Assembly (NCBI GenBank): GCA_036005125.1
Contig: DASYQV010000020.1
Location: 8,492 to 72,491, forward strand
DNA: 64,000 bases
Direction of reading: 5' to 3'
Source: Vicinamibacterales bacterium
GTDB taxonomy: Bacteria > Acidobacteriota > Vicinamibacteria > Vicinamibacterales > UBA2999
Within the stretch, counting starts at the first letter, position 1. Each line of letters begins with the position of its first letter. The notes below the pieces were generated by a model. The model saw nothing but the letters and a program-made list of their open reading frames with translations. It did no database searches and was not told the DNA's origin. The position numbers were made by a program, and so were the translations under genes. Shown here one piece after another: positions 1 through 10,435 of this stretch.

Positions 1-731
1 ACCTCTATCTCCGCTTCGATCACCGACATGTCGGCAATCGTCAGCAGCACCGTGCCGGGATTGTTCATCGTCCCGACGACGACGTTCTCGCCCTCCTCGA
101 TGTTGCGACGGGTCACGATGCCATCCATCGGGGCGGAGATGATGATCTGGCTCAGGTTGTAGCGCGTGGTCTCGAGTTGAGCCTGCTCCTGCAGGATTTG
201 CTGCTCGCGCGTCTGAATGTCCTGCACGCGTGACTGGTATTCAGTGTCCCGCACGTTGAGATCGTTCTGGGCTCGCTCGAGCGCCTCGCGCGTGGTCAGC
301 CCTTCCTTCCAGAGATCCTCCTGACGCTTGAGATTCATCCGTGCCAAATCGACGTTGGCTTTTGCCTGCTCGACCAGCGTGCGCGCCTGGAGGAGCGATG
401 ACCGTGCTGCGGCGACGCTCGCCTCGCCGCGCTGCAGCTGTCCCGCCAGCGACCGCGGATCGATCTCGAGCAGGAACTGGCCGGCCTTCACCCGCTGGCC
501 CTCCTCCACTGACAGCCGCGTCACACGGCCCATGGTGTTCGAGCTGATGTTGATCTGTCTCTTCGGCCGGATCTTGCCCGACGCCGACACGATCGCCTCG
601 AGGTCCCGTTTGCGCAGGGCCTCGGCGTTCACGGTTATCACATCGTGACGGCGGAACCAGAGGTTCGCGCCCACGAGGGCGCCGGCGACGAGCACGATGC
701 CGAGGCCGATCAGTACTTTTCTTCCAGTCAC
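1..731 (-). CDS. HlyD/MacA-type efflux periplasmic adaptor, N-terminal ~243 codons (3' end runs off window)
   Basis: The minus frame is open to position 1. GTG at 731-729 overlaps the upstream stop (GTGA). The translation VTGRKVLIGLGIVLVAG... gives a TM anchor, then ...GRVTRLSVEEGQRVKAGQFLLEID..., a long coiled coil, and ...ISAPMDGIVTRRNIEEGENVV. This is the membrane-fusion-protein layout. Confidence 0.75.
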   Translation of the reverse strand, partial: MTGRKVLIGLGIVLVAGALVGANLWFRRHDVITVNAEALRKRDLEAIVSASGKIRPKRQINISSNTMGRVTRLSVEEGQRVKAGQFLLEIDPRSLAGQLQRGEASVAAARSSLLQARTLVEQAKANVDLARMNLKRQEDLWKEGLTTREALERAQNDLNVRDTEYQSRVQDIQTREQQILQEQAQLETTRYNLSQIIISAPMDGIVTRRNIEEGENVVVGTMNNPGTVLLTIADMSVIEAEIE

Positions 732-1486
732 ACCGTTCTCCCGAACATTGTCATCAGCCCGGCCAATATCAGCGCAATCACCACGTAGGTGAAGAGAAAA
801 CCAAGCGCGATGGGCTGCGTCCGGCGGCGGTACAGCACCGACATGCCGATCGCGAGCACGATCACCCACCAGATCAAGAACACGTCGATGAAGCCGAGGA
901 ACTGCGCCGCCGGCGACGCGTCGTCAAGCATTGGAAAGAAGACGCCAAGCGTGGTCGGGCTCGCGAACGACTCGCGTGCGTAATTCAGCGGCGTTGCGAA
1001 CAGCGATCGTACGGTCAGAATTACGCCAGCGTGCGCCACGATGGCGAACACCTGACGGTACGACGCCTGTCCATCGAAGCCGACGTTGAAGACGCCAAGC
1101 AGCAGGCCCGCAAGTCCCGCAACACTGACAAGGCCCCCGATGAGCGTTCCGACCGCCATCAGCATGACGCCGCGCTCGCTTATGCGCTCCAACTGGGCGT
1201 ACTGCGCGTCGCTGACCGTGTAGCCGTATGCTTCGGCGTTCCGGACCATCATGTCGACGAACGCCTGGCGACCGGCGTCGGTTGGCATCAGCGCCATCAC
1301 GGATGCAGAGCTTAGAGCCAGGGTGAGGACCAGGACCCCCAGCCACCGCGGGTGGGCGGCGACGGCCGCGAACGTTGGACCTGGAGAATGGATCACGCCG
1401 AGCGAACGGGCGAGCAGTGACCGAGGAGCCGTTCGTGCAGCGCCCGACCCGGGCGCACTGGTCGAGGTGAGAGTCGTCACTGACAC
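728..1486 (-). CDS. Yip1-domain family integral membrane protein
   Basis: 252-aa ORF with about 5 hydrophobic helices and a soluble loop after TM1. The overall pattern resembles the Yip1/DUF1282 family. It is translationally coupled to the adaptor gene. Confidence 0.55.
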   Translation of the reverse strand: MSVTTLTSTSAPGSGAARTAPRSLLARSLGVIHSPGPTFAAVAAHPRWLGVLVLTLALSSASVMALMPTDAGRQAFVDMMVRNAEAYGYTVSDAQYAQLERISERGVMLMAVGTLIGGLVSVAGLAGLLLGVFNVGFDGQASYRQVFAIVAHAGVILTVRSLFATPLNYARESFASPTTLGVFFPMLDDASPAAQFLGFIDVFLIWWVIVLAIGMSVLYRRRTQPIALGFLFTYVVIALILAGLMTMFGRTV

Positions 1487-1591
1487 TCCTGATACGATGC
1501 CGGGTCAATAGTGTTCGATGGGGGGAAGGGCCACGACCGGAATGAAGCCGCGTGCCACGACGCCGAATTTTTATCAATCAAAGTACAAAAT

Positions 1592-2611
1592 ATGACCGGT
1601 GTAAAACTCAAGCGTGTCGCGTTTCTTCTCGTCGTCTATTTTCCTACGGCGTCGTCGGCGTTCGCGCAGGTTATTGAAATTGTCGGCTCCCGCGCTCTTG
1701 GGATGGGTGGGGCCTTCGTCGCCGTGGCGTCCGACAGCAGCGCCACCTGGTGGAATCCGGCGGGTCTGGCGACTGGTCCGTACATTGACGTCGCGGTGGC
1801 CCGCGCGCTCACGGAACAGCCCGGCGAGCTTCCGGCCCGACGCGGTACCGCCTCCTGGTTTGCCCTGGGAACCCCGCCGATCGGCGTCAGTTATTACCGC
1901 CTTCGCCTCACAGATGTACGACCCCTTCCTACAGATCTCGCTGCGGGCAGCCGACAAGACGATCAGGGTGGAGCGGCGATCCGGTCGCTGACAGCAAGCC
2001 AACTCGGCGTGACGCTCGTCCAGACCATCGTAGAAGGCGTTCACGTCGGCACCACAGTGAAATACCTCCGCGGCACGCTCCGGGTCGGACGCGACGATAG
2101 CCTGCTGCCTCCGTCGGAGCTGCTCGACCGCGGCGGCGACCTCGAGGGTGGCGAGGCCGAGTCGAAATTCGACCTGGACATCGGCGTGCTGGCGGAGGCA
2201 GAAGCAGTACGCCTGGGCCTTCTCGTGAAAAACGTCGTCGAGCCCGAGTTCTCGCATCCGAGCGGCAGCTCCGTGATGTTTCCTCGTCAGTTCCGTCTTG
2301 GGTTCGCGGTCGATGCCTCCAAAGCCGGGGGGATCCCCTTGACGGCTGCCGTTGACCTGGATCTGCGGACGGTGACCTCAATGTCCGGGGAGCGCCGGAA
2401 CTTGGCACTCGGTGTGGAACAGTGGTTTGGCAAGCACAAGGTGGCCCTGCGGGGAGGCGGACGCTTCAATATGGCCGGATCGAAAGATCGCGCCGCCACT
2501 GCTGGCGGCAGCCTGGCGCTCAGAGCGGGCCTGTTTATCGACGGTTACCTGGTGCGGGGTGGCTCGACCGATGAGCGCGGGTGGGGTGTGGCCTCGCGAG
2601 TCTCCTTTTGA
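1592..2611 (+). CDS. FadL/PorV-like outer-membrane beta-barrel protein
   Basis: The ATG at 1592 gives a signal peptide ending ASSAFAQ. The N-terminal motif is GSRALGMGGAFVAVASDSSATWWNPAGLA (G-x-G...NPAxL, as in FadL/TodX/PorV-type barrels). Beta-strand patterns alternate, and the C-terminal residue is Phe (SRVSF). Confidence 0.55.
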   Translation: MTGVKLKRVAFLLVVYFPTASSAFAQVIEIVGSRALGMGGAFVAVASDSSATWWNPAGLATGPYIDVAVARALTEQPGELPARRGTASWFALGTPPIGVSYYRLRLTDVRPLPTDLAAGSRQDDQGGAAIRSLTASQLGVTLVQTIVEGVHVGTTVKYLRGTLRVGRDDSLLPPSELLDRGGDLEGGEAESKFDLDIGVLAEAEAVRLGLLVKNVVEPEFSHPSGSSVMFPRQFRLGFAVDASKAGGIPLTAAVDLDLRTVTSMSGERRNLALGVEQWFGKHKVALRGGGRFNMAGSKDRAATAGGSLALRAGLFIDGYLVRGGSTDERGWGVASRVSF

Positions 2612-2636
2612 CAAAAATTGTCAATCGTTTATAGTT
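2608..2636 (+). promoter_or_regulatory. sigma70-type promoter candidate for pilB with palindromic operator
   Basis: TTGACA (2608-2613), a 16-nt spacer, then TATAGT (2630-2635). The -35 box is half of the perfect inverted repeat TTGACA-aaaat-TGTCAA (2608-2624). Confidence 0.5.
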
Positions 2637-2737
2637 TCACACTCTTACGCGGGCTTTTTCCGGGCGTTTGCATCAGCTTTCCCGGAGTCCTCTGAGCGTT
2701 GAGCAGGATATCAAGGGCCTCGGCCGCTTACTGATAA

Positions 2738-4486
2738 ATGGCAGTCCGGATCGGCGAATTGCTTCTCAAGGAGAAGCGGATCACAGCGGAACAGTTGCAG
2801 GAGGCGTTGAACTATCAGCGCCAGCACGGGGGGAAGCTCGGCTACAACCTGATCAAACTCGGACTCATCAAAGACGAGGAAATCACCGCGCTGCTCAGTA
2901 AGCAGTACGGCGTTCCGTCGATTGCGCTGGGCCAGTTCGAGATCGATCCTGGCGTCGTCAAGCTGGTCCCGGCCGAGACCGCGCAGAAATATCAGATCGT
3001 CCCGCTCTCCCGCTCCGGCGCGACGTTGACGATCGCGATGACCGACCCGACCAATGTCTTCGCCATGGACGACATCAAGTTCATGACGGGGTACAACGTC
3101 GAGCCGGTCGTGGCGTCCGAGACGGCGGTCATCGAAGCGATTCAGAAGTATTACGGCGTGAAGCCGGGCGGCGGCGCGGCAACGGCGAGCGCGCTCGAGG
3201 TGGCCTCGAAGGCCATCGAGGAGATGCCGATGCTCGCCACGGAAGGCGGCGACGTCGAGGTCCTCGAGGAATTCGAGGAGATCAGCGTCGAGGCACTCGC
3301 CAAGCAGGGCGAGGAAGCCCCGGTCATCAAGCTGGTGAACGTCATCCTGATGTCGGCGATCCAGAAGGGCGCGAGCGACATCCACATCGAGCCCTACGAG
3401 AAGGAGCTCCGGGTCCGTTACCGCATCGACGGCATTCTCTACAACATCATGCAGCCGCCGATGAAGTTCCGCGATGCGATCACCTCGCGCATCAAGATCA
3501 TGTCGAAGCTCGACATCGCGGAGAAGCGCCTCCCGCAGGACGGCCGCATCAAGATCCGGTTCCAGGACAACGGCCAGAACAAGGACATCGACTTCCGCGT
3601 GTCGTGTCTGCCGACGCTCTTCGGCGAGAAGATCGTCATGCGTCTGCTCGACAAAGAGAAGCTGATGCTCGACATGACGAAGCTCGGGTTCGAGCCCGAG
3701 TCGCTGGCGAAGTTCGAGGTCGCCATCCAGAAGCCGTGGGGCATGGTGCTCGTGACGGGGCCGACCGGCAGCGGCAAGACGAACACGCTCTATTCGTCGA
3801 TCGCGCGCATCAACACGCCCGAGACCAACATCATGACCGCGGAGGACCCGGTCGAGTTCAACCTGGTCGGCATCAACCAGGTGCAGGTGCGCGAGAGCAT
3901 CGGCCTGAACTTCGCCGCGGCACTGCGCAGCTTCCTTCGTCAGGATCCGAACATCATCCTCGTGGGCGAGATCCGGGATTTCGAAACGGCGGAAATCTCG
4001 GTCAAGGCGGCGTTGACCGGACACCTCGTGCTCTCCACGCTCCACACCAACGATGCGCCGAGCACGGTCAACCGCCTGATGAACATGGGCATCGAGCCCT
4101 TCCTGGTGGCGAGCTCGCTGAACCTGGTATGCGCCCAGCGGCTCGTGCGCCGTCTCTGCGCGAACTGCAAGGAACCGCACCCGACCCCGGCTCCGGCCCT
4201 CGTCCAGGCGGGCTTCAGCCCCGAGGACGCGAAGAACGTCGTGCCCAATCGTGGCCGTGGCTGCGAGAAGTGCAACAACACCGGCTACAAGGGACGCGTG
4301 GGACTCTACGAGGTGATGGAAGTCACCGAGGAGCTGCGCGAGCTGATTCTCGTCGGCGCCTCGGGGCTCGAATTGCGGCGCAAGGCGGTCGAGGAGGGCA
4401 TGCTCACGCTTCGAACGAGCGGTCTGCGCAAGGTGAAGGAAGGCGTCACGTCGATCGACGAGGTGGTCAGGGAGACAGTGAAATAA
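2738..4486 (+). CDS. pilB: type IV pilus assembly (extension) ATPase PilB
   Basis: 582 aa with an N-terminal GspE_N/MshEN-like domain, Walker A GPTGSGKT and a tetracysteine motif CANC...CEKC. Confidence 0.93.
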   Translation: MAVRIGELLLKEKRITAEQLQEALNYQRQHGGKLGYNLIKLGLIKDEEITALLSKQYGVPSIALGQFEIDPGVVKLVPAETAQKYQIVPLSRSGATLTIAMTDPTNVFAMDDIKFMTGYNVEPVVASETAVIEAIQKYYGVKPGGGAATASALEVASKAIEEMPMLATEGGDVEVLEEFEEISVEALAKQGEEAPVIKLVNVILMSAIQKGASDIHIEPYEKELRVRYRIDGILYNIMQPPMKFRDAITSRIKIMSKLDIAEKRLPQDGRIKIRFQDNGQNKDIDFRVSCLPTLFGEKIVMRLLDKEKLMLDMTKLGFEPESLAKFEVAIQKPWGMVLVTGPTGSGKTNTLYSSIARINTPETNIMTAEDPVEFNLVGINQVQVRESIGLNFAAALRSFLRQDPNIILVGEIRDFETAEISVKAALTGHLVLSTLHTNDAPSTVNRLMNMGIEPFLVASSLNLVCAQRLVRRLCANCKEPHPTPAPALVQAGFSPEDAKNVVPNRGRGCEKCNNTGYKGRVGLYEVMEVTEELRELILVGASGLELRRKAVEEGMLTLRTSGLRKVKEGVTSIDEVVRETVK

Positions 4487-4641
4487 GGGCTTAAGGCTTA
4501 GGGCTTAGGGGGACTTAGGGCGACTTGGCGGCTTCCGGTCGGCGACTTGCGTTTCGGGGTTCCAGTGGGGTCGTGCGTTGCCGATTAGTACCCGGATCCA
4601 CTGAAGTCCTGGCCTAAGCCTTAAGCCCTAAGCCTTAAGCC
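4487..4641. repeat. word-hairpin (word GGCTTAR) between pilB and pilT
   Basis: gggcttaaggcttagggcttagggggacttaggg ... aagtcctggcctaagccttaagccctaagccttaagcc. Inner stems are ggactt/aagtcc and ccagtgg/ccactg. Confidence 0.85.
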
Positions 4642-4673
4642 GACAGCGAAGCCCCAAGCCATCGAGAGTACAG

Positions 4674-5798
4674 ATGACACTGCCCGAACTGCTGAAGAAG
4701 ACCGTCGAGCTGGACGGTTCCGACCTCCACCTGACGACCAATACTCCGCCGCAAGTACGTGTGCACGGTCACCTGCAGCGGCTGGAGGGTGCGGACCTGA
4801 CGCCCGCCGAGACCAAGCAGCTCGCCTACAGCGTGCTGACCGATGCGCAGAAGAAGCGGTTCGAGGAGCACCTCGAGCTCGACTTCTCGTTCGGCCTGAA
4901 AGGGCTGGCGCGCTTCCGCTGCAACATGTTCAACCAGCGCGGCTCCGTGGCAGCGGTGTACCGGCTGATCCCGGAGAAGATCCGCAGCTTCCAGGAGCTG
5001 AACCTGCCGGCGGTGCTGGCAACGCTCGCCGAACGGCCCCGCGGTCTCGTGCTCGTCACCGGGCCGACCGGCAGCGGAAAGTCGACGACGCTTGCCGCGA
5101 TGATCGACAAGATCAACAAGGAGCGGCACGATCACATCCTCACCATCGAGGATCCGATCGAGTTCGTCCATCAGCACCAGAGCTGCCTGGTGAACCAGCG
5201 CGAGGTGCACAGCGACACCGAGACCTTCTCCAACGCGCTGCGCGCTGCGCTCCGCGAGGACCCGGACATCGTCCTGATCGGCGAGATGCGCGATCTCGAA
5301 ACGGTGGAGTCCGCGCTGCGCATCGCGGAGACGGGCCACCTCACATTCGGCACGCTCCACACGAACTCGGCGGCCCAGACGATCAACCGGATCATCGATA
5401 TTTTTCCGGCGCACCAGCAGAGCCAGATCCGGACGCAGCTCTCGCTCGTGCTGGAAGGGATCGTGTGTCAGGCGCTGCTGCCGAAGATCGGCGGCGGCCG
5501 GGTGGTCTCGCTCGAGATCATGATTCCAACCCCCGCGATTCGAAACCTGATCCGCGAGGACAAGATCCATCAGATTTATTCCGCCATGCAGACCGGCCAG
5601 GAGAAGCTCGGAATGCAGACGATGAACCAGTCGCTGGCGACACTGCAGCAGCGGCGTCTGGTGACGCTCGAGACCGCGATCGCCGCGTCCTCGAACCGTG
5701 AAGAGCTGCAGGACTTGATCAACCGCGGCGTCGGCGTCGTTGCCGGTGCGGGGCTGAACCGCCCCGGCATGCACCCGAGGCAGGCGGTAGTACGGTAA
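4674..5798 (+). CDS. pilT: twitching motility (retraction) ATPase PilT
   Basis: 374 aa with Walker A GPTGSGKST and the PilT-specific AIRNLIRE motif. Confidence 0.93.
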   Translation: MTLPELLKKTVELDGSDLHLTTNTPPQVRVHGHLQRLEGADLTPAETKQLAYSVLTDAQKKRFEEHLELDFSFGLKGLARFRCNMFNQRGSVAAVYRLIPEKIRSFQELNLPAVLATLAERPRGLVLVTGPTGSGKSTTLAAMIDKINKERHDHILTIEDPIEFVHQHQSCLVNQREVHSDTETFSNALRAALREDPDIVLIGEMRDLETVESALRIAETGHLTFGTLHTNSAAQTINRIIDIFPAHQQSQIRTQLSLVLEGIVCQALLPKIGGGRVVSLEIMIPTPAIRNLIREDKIHQIYSAMQTGQEKLGMQTMNQSLATLQQRRLVTLETAIAASSNREELQDLINRGVGVVAGAGLNRPGMHPRQAVVR

Positions 5799-5825
5799 CC
5801 GCGAAGCTCGCGTGAGTTGGCATTC

Positions 5826-5880
5826 GTAGGCCGGGTCTTCAGACCCGGCGCACGGCGCCGCATCTGAAGATGCGGCCTAC
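5826..5880. repeat. REP doublet (P-type + Q-type, heads outward)
   Basis: GTAGGCCGGGTCTTCAGACCCGGC-gcacggc-GCCGCATCTGAAGATGCGGCCTAC. It is nested in an outer inverted repeat, cgcgtgagttgg against ccagctcacgtg. Confidence 0.9.
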
Positions 5881-5928
5881 GAAAAGCGCCCTGCGCCAGC
5901 TCACGTGAGCCCTTGATTGGTTCGTAAC

Positions 5929-7146
<1,218 letters not shown>

Positions 7147-7148
7147 CG

Positions 7149-8828
7149 ATGGATCTCCGGGCGCGGCTCTCGACGCTCATCGCGGTTCGCCTCGTCGTCA
7201 GTACGCTGCTGCTCGGTTCGGCGATATTCGTTCTGGTCAATCGTCCGGCGACGTTCCAGGCCAACCCGTTCTTCTTTCTGATCGGGCTGACCTATGCGCT
7301 GAGCGTCGTCTATCTCGGGACGCTGAAGTATGCCCACCGCCGCCCGTGGCTGGTCGATATGCAGCTCGCGGGCGACGCGCTCGTCATCTCGGCGTTCATC
7401 GCGGTGACCGGCGGCATCACGAGCTATTTCTCGTCGCTCTATCTGCTGCCGATCATCGCGGCAAGCGTGTTTCGCTTCCGCCGCGGCGCCCTGCAGGTGG
7501 CGACGCTCAGCGCGGTCCTGTACCTCGGTCTGGTTGCCGCCCAGTACCTGGACGTCGACTACCTCTCGGGGACGTGGCTCGCGGTCGCGCCCTCGGATCT
7601 CCCGACGCCGCGCTTCGCGCAGTACACCGTCGCCATCAACCTCTTCGGGTTCTTCGCCGTCGCGTACCTCAGCGGGTCGCTGGCCGAAGGGCTTCGCTCG
7701 GCCGGCGTCCGCCTCGAGCGGGCGTCCCATCAGATGGCCGACCTCCGCGCGTTCAACGAATACGTCATCGACAGCCTGCTGAGCGGTCTCGCGACCACGG
7801 ACGAAAATCTCCGCGTCCTGACCTTCAATCGCGCGGCCTCGACGATCACGGCGCTTCCGGCAGAGGCCGTGGTCGGCCGGGACATCGTGCCGATGTTGCA
7901 GTTGCCGCCAAACGTGCGCGCCAGCCTCGCCACCTTGTCCGAGTCCCGCAGCCTGCGTCTCGATCGCGAGTACCGCAGGGCCGACAACCGGACGATCGAT
8001 CTCGGACTGACAGCGACGACGCTGCCCTTTCCGGATGGGCGTATCGGATATCTGTTTACCTTCCAGGACGTGACCGATCTGCGGCGGCTCGAACGGAACG
8101 CCCGCCTCCAGCAGCGCCTCGCGGCCGTCGGCGAGATGGCGGCCGGCATCGCACACGAGATCCGCAATCCACTCGCGTCCATGTCCGGATCGATTCAGGT
8201 GCTCAGGCAGGAATTGCCGCTCAACGCCGAGCAGGCGCAGCTGATGGACATCGTGCTGCGCGAGTCCGAACGTCTCAACGACACGATCCGGTCGTTCCTG
8301 GCATACGCAAGGCCGCAGCGGTTTGCCGTGTCGCGGCTCGACGTCCGGAAGACGCTGCAGGACACGGCCATGCTGATCCGCCACGGATCGGACGCCCGGG
8401 AGGATCACGTCATCGAGGTCGACGTGCCGGCCGAGCCGGTCTGGTACGAAGCCGATGAGAACCAGATCCGCCAGGTCGTGTGGAACCTCGCCACGAACGG
8501 GTTGCGGGCGATGGCGCGCGGTGGCCGGTTGCGTCTGGCCGTCGTCGCGACGCCCGCGGAAGTGGAGTTGATCGTCGAGGATCAGGGGCGCGGCATCCCG
8601 GAAGAGGAGCTCGACGAGATCTTCCAACCGTTCCACAGCTCGTTCGAGAAGGGCACGGGGCTCGGGCTGCCGATCGTCCATCGCATCGTCACCGACTACG
8701 GCGGCACGATCCAGGTCTCGTCGCGTGTGGCCCTCGGGACGATGTTCCGCGTGAAGCTGCCGCTCCGTGCGGCCGGACATGGAATTCCAGTTGCGCCGCG
8801 CGCCGACGCCGAACGATTACGTCGATGA
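7149..8828 (+). CDS. pilS: PilS-type sensor histidine kinase
   Basis: Six N-terminal TM helices, a PAS domain, a HisKA H-box AHEIRNPL and an HATPase_c domain. It lies next to pilR with an ATGA overlap. Confidence 0.8.
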   Translation: MDLRARLSTLIAVRLVVSTLLLGSAIFVLVNRPATFQANPFFFLIGLTYALSVVYLGTLKYAHRRPWLVDMQLAGDALVISAFIAVTGGITSYFSSLYLLPIIAASVFRFRRGALQVATLSAVLYLGLVAAQYLDVDYLSGTWLAVAPSDLPTPRFAQYTVAINLFGFFAVAYLSGSLAEGLRSAGVRLERASHQMADLRAFNEYVIDSLLSGLATTDENLRVLTFNRAASTITALPAEAVVGRDIVPMLQLPPNVRASLATLSESRSLRLDREYRRADNRTIDLGLTATTLPFPDGRIGYLFTFQDVTDLRRLERNARLQQRLAAVGEMAAGIAHEIRNPLASMSGSIQVLRQELPLNAEQAQLMDIVLRESERLNDTIRSFLAYARPQRFAVSRLDVRKTLQDTAMLIRHGSDAREDHVIEVDVPAEPVWYEADENQIRQVVWNLATNGLRAMARGGRLRLAVVATPAEVELIVEDQGRGIPEEELDEIFQPFHSSFEKGTGLGLPIVHRIVTDYGGTIQVSSRVALGTMFRVKLPLRAAGHGIPVAPRADAERLRR

Positions 8829-10246
8829 AGGACGCAGCCAAAACGGTCGAGGCGCCGCCGACGCCCGTCTCGGAACCGAAAATTCTCGTCGTCGATGACG
8901 AGGCGTCGATGCGCGAGATGTTGCGCATTGTGCTGCGTCGCGATGGCTACCAGGTGATCGTGGCGCAGAGCGGGAAGGAGGCGATCGAGCTTCTCCAGCG
9001 GCAGCCCGTGGACCTGCTGCTCTCCGACATCCGGATGCCGGACGTCAGCGGGGTTGACGTCCTCCGTGCAGCCAAGGCGGTCAATCGCGACATCGTCGCG
9101 TTCATGATGACGGCCTATGCATCGACCGACACGGCGGTCGAGGCGATGCGCCTCGGCGCGGTCGACTACTTCACCAAGCCCTTCAACATGGACGAGCTGC
9201 GTCTCAAGGTCCGGCGCCACCTCGAGTCGCACAAGCTGCGCGAGGAGAACGTCCTCCTGAAGAAGGCCCTCGGCACCGCCTACGAGTTCTCCAACATCAT
9301 CGGCCAGAGCCGCGCGATGCTCGAGGTGTTCAAGATGGTCGAGACCATCGCGAAAACCAACAGCACCGTGCTCATCACGGGCGAGTCCGGCACCGGCAAG
9401 GATCTCATCGCGCGGGCCATCCACTTCAACTCTCTCCGCCGCGATCAGCCGTTCGTGGCGTTGAACTGCGGCGCCATTCCGGAGACGCTGCTCGAGTCCG
9501 AGCTCTTCGGTCACATGAAGGGCGCCTTCACGGGCGCCGACTCCAACAAGAAAGGCCTGATCGAGGTTTCCGAGCGGGGAACCATCTTTCTCGACGAGAT
9601 CGGCGAGATGAACGCGACGATGCAGGTCAAGCTGCTACGCGTGCTGCAGGACCGCCGGTTCCGCCGGCTTGGCGGGACCGAGGAGGTGCAGGCAGACATC
9701 CGCGTGATTGCCGCGACGAACCAGGATCTGCAGAAGCGGGTGGCCGAGGGAAAGTTCCGCGAGGACCTCTTCTATCGCATCAACGTGCTTCCAGTGCACC
9801 TGCCGCCGCTGCGCGAGCGCCGGGAGGACATTCCGCTCATCGCCGAGCACTTTCTCGCGAGGTTCGCGGAACAGATGCAGAAACCGGTGCGCAGCATCTC
9901 GCGCGACGCCATGGACCTGCTGCAGGCCTTCGCGTGGCCCGGCAACGTTCGCGAGCTCGAGAACGTCATGGAGCGCGCCGTCGCGCTCGAACAAACGCCG
10001 TCGGTCCTGCCGGAGACCTTGCCCGAGCCCGTGCGGCGCGGCGTGTCGCCGGCGTCGGGACAGGCGCTGCCGGCCGAATTGCCCGAGAACGGCATCGACC
10101 TCGAGGCGCATGTCGAAGAGATTTACCGCGACCACATGGTCCAGGCGCTCAAACGCGCCGGGGGCGTCCAGGCCAAGGCTGCGGAGATGCTCGGCATGAG
10201 CTTCCGGTCCTTCAGGTATTACGCGAAAAAACTGAATATCCGATGA
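8825..10246 (+). CDS. pilR: PilR-type sigma54-dependent response regulator
   Basis: The start ATG 8825 overlaps the pilS stop. Domains are REC (ILVVDDE...), an AAA+ domain with GESGTGK and GAFTGA, and a C-terminal Fis-type HTH. Confidence 0.87.
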   Translation: MKDAAKTVEAPPTPVSEPKILVVDDEASMREMLRIVLRRDGYQVIVAQSGKEAIELLQRQPVDLLLSDIRMPDVSGVDVLRAAKAVNRDIVAFMMTAYASTDTAVEAMRLGAVDYFTKPFNMDELRLKVRRHLESHKLREENVLLKKALGTAYEFSNIIGQSRAMLEVFKMVETIAKTNSTVLITGESGTGKDLIARAIHFNSLRRDQPFVALNCGAIPETLLESELFGHMKGAFTGADSNKKGLIEVSERGTIFLDEIGEMNATMQVKLLRVLQDRRFRRLGGTEEVQADIRVIAATNQDLQKRVAEGKFREDLFYRINVLPVHLPPLRERREDIPLIAEHFLARFAEQMQKPVRSISRDAMDLLQAFAWPGNVRELENVMERAVALEQTPSVLPETLPEPVRRGVSPASGQALPAELPENGIDLEAHVEEIYRDHMVQALKRAGGVQAKAAEMLGMSFRSFRYYAKKLNIR

Positions 10247-10377
10247 CCTCTGAGAGCTGACGATTTTTGGTGGTCCATGACCATTTCGTCAATGGCTCAG
10301 GCGCGTCTGCTCTGCGATGCTTCCATTAAGTTTCTGCAGACGTGTCGGATACGCACGCCGATGTCATCGGTCGAGAT

Positions 10378-10394
10378 GGGCATTCATGTTGCTC
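10378..10394 (+). promoter_or_regulatory. sigma54 (-24/-12) promoter of pilin 1
   Basis: gGGCAT-tcatg-TTGCT with GG-N10-GC spacing, 44 nt upstream of the pilin start. An AAGGAG RBS lies at 10422-10427. Confidence 0.7.
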
Positions 10395-10435
10395 CGTGAG
10401 ACCCATTCACCCGGGACAACCAAGGAGCAAACCTC

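Noticed and set aside
3686-3697. A tRNA T-arm-like string gggttcgagccc.
   Set aside because: It lies in frame inside pilB (KLGFEPES). No acceptor, D-arm or anticodon-arm complementarity surrounds it. I found no convincing tRNA anywhere in the window.
2711-4180. Very long ORFs antisense to real genes. Examples are 2711-4180(-) opposite pilB, 6999-8780(-) opposite pilS, 31690-33738(-) opposite smc, 41251-43512(+) opposite pnp, 46976-49453(+) opposite infB and 62827-63996(-) opposite archease/rtcB.
   Set aside because: Their translations are Arg/Ala/Gly/Pro/His-rich low-complexity strings with no motifs. The opposite strand in each case encodes a textbook protein with intact catalytic motifs. 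This is the expected stop-codon-poor antisense artefact of GC-rich DNA.
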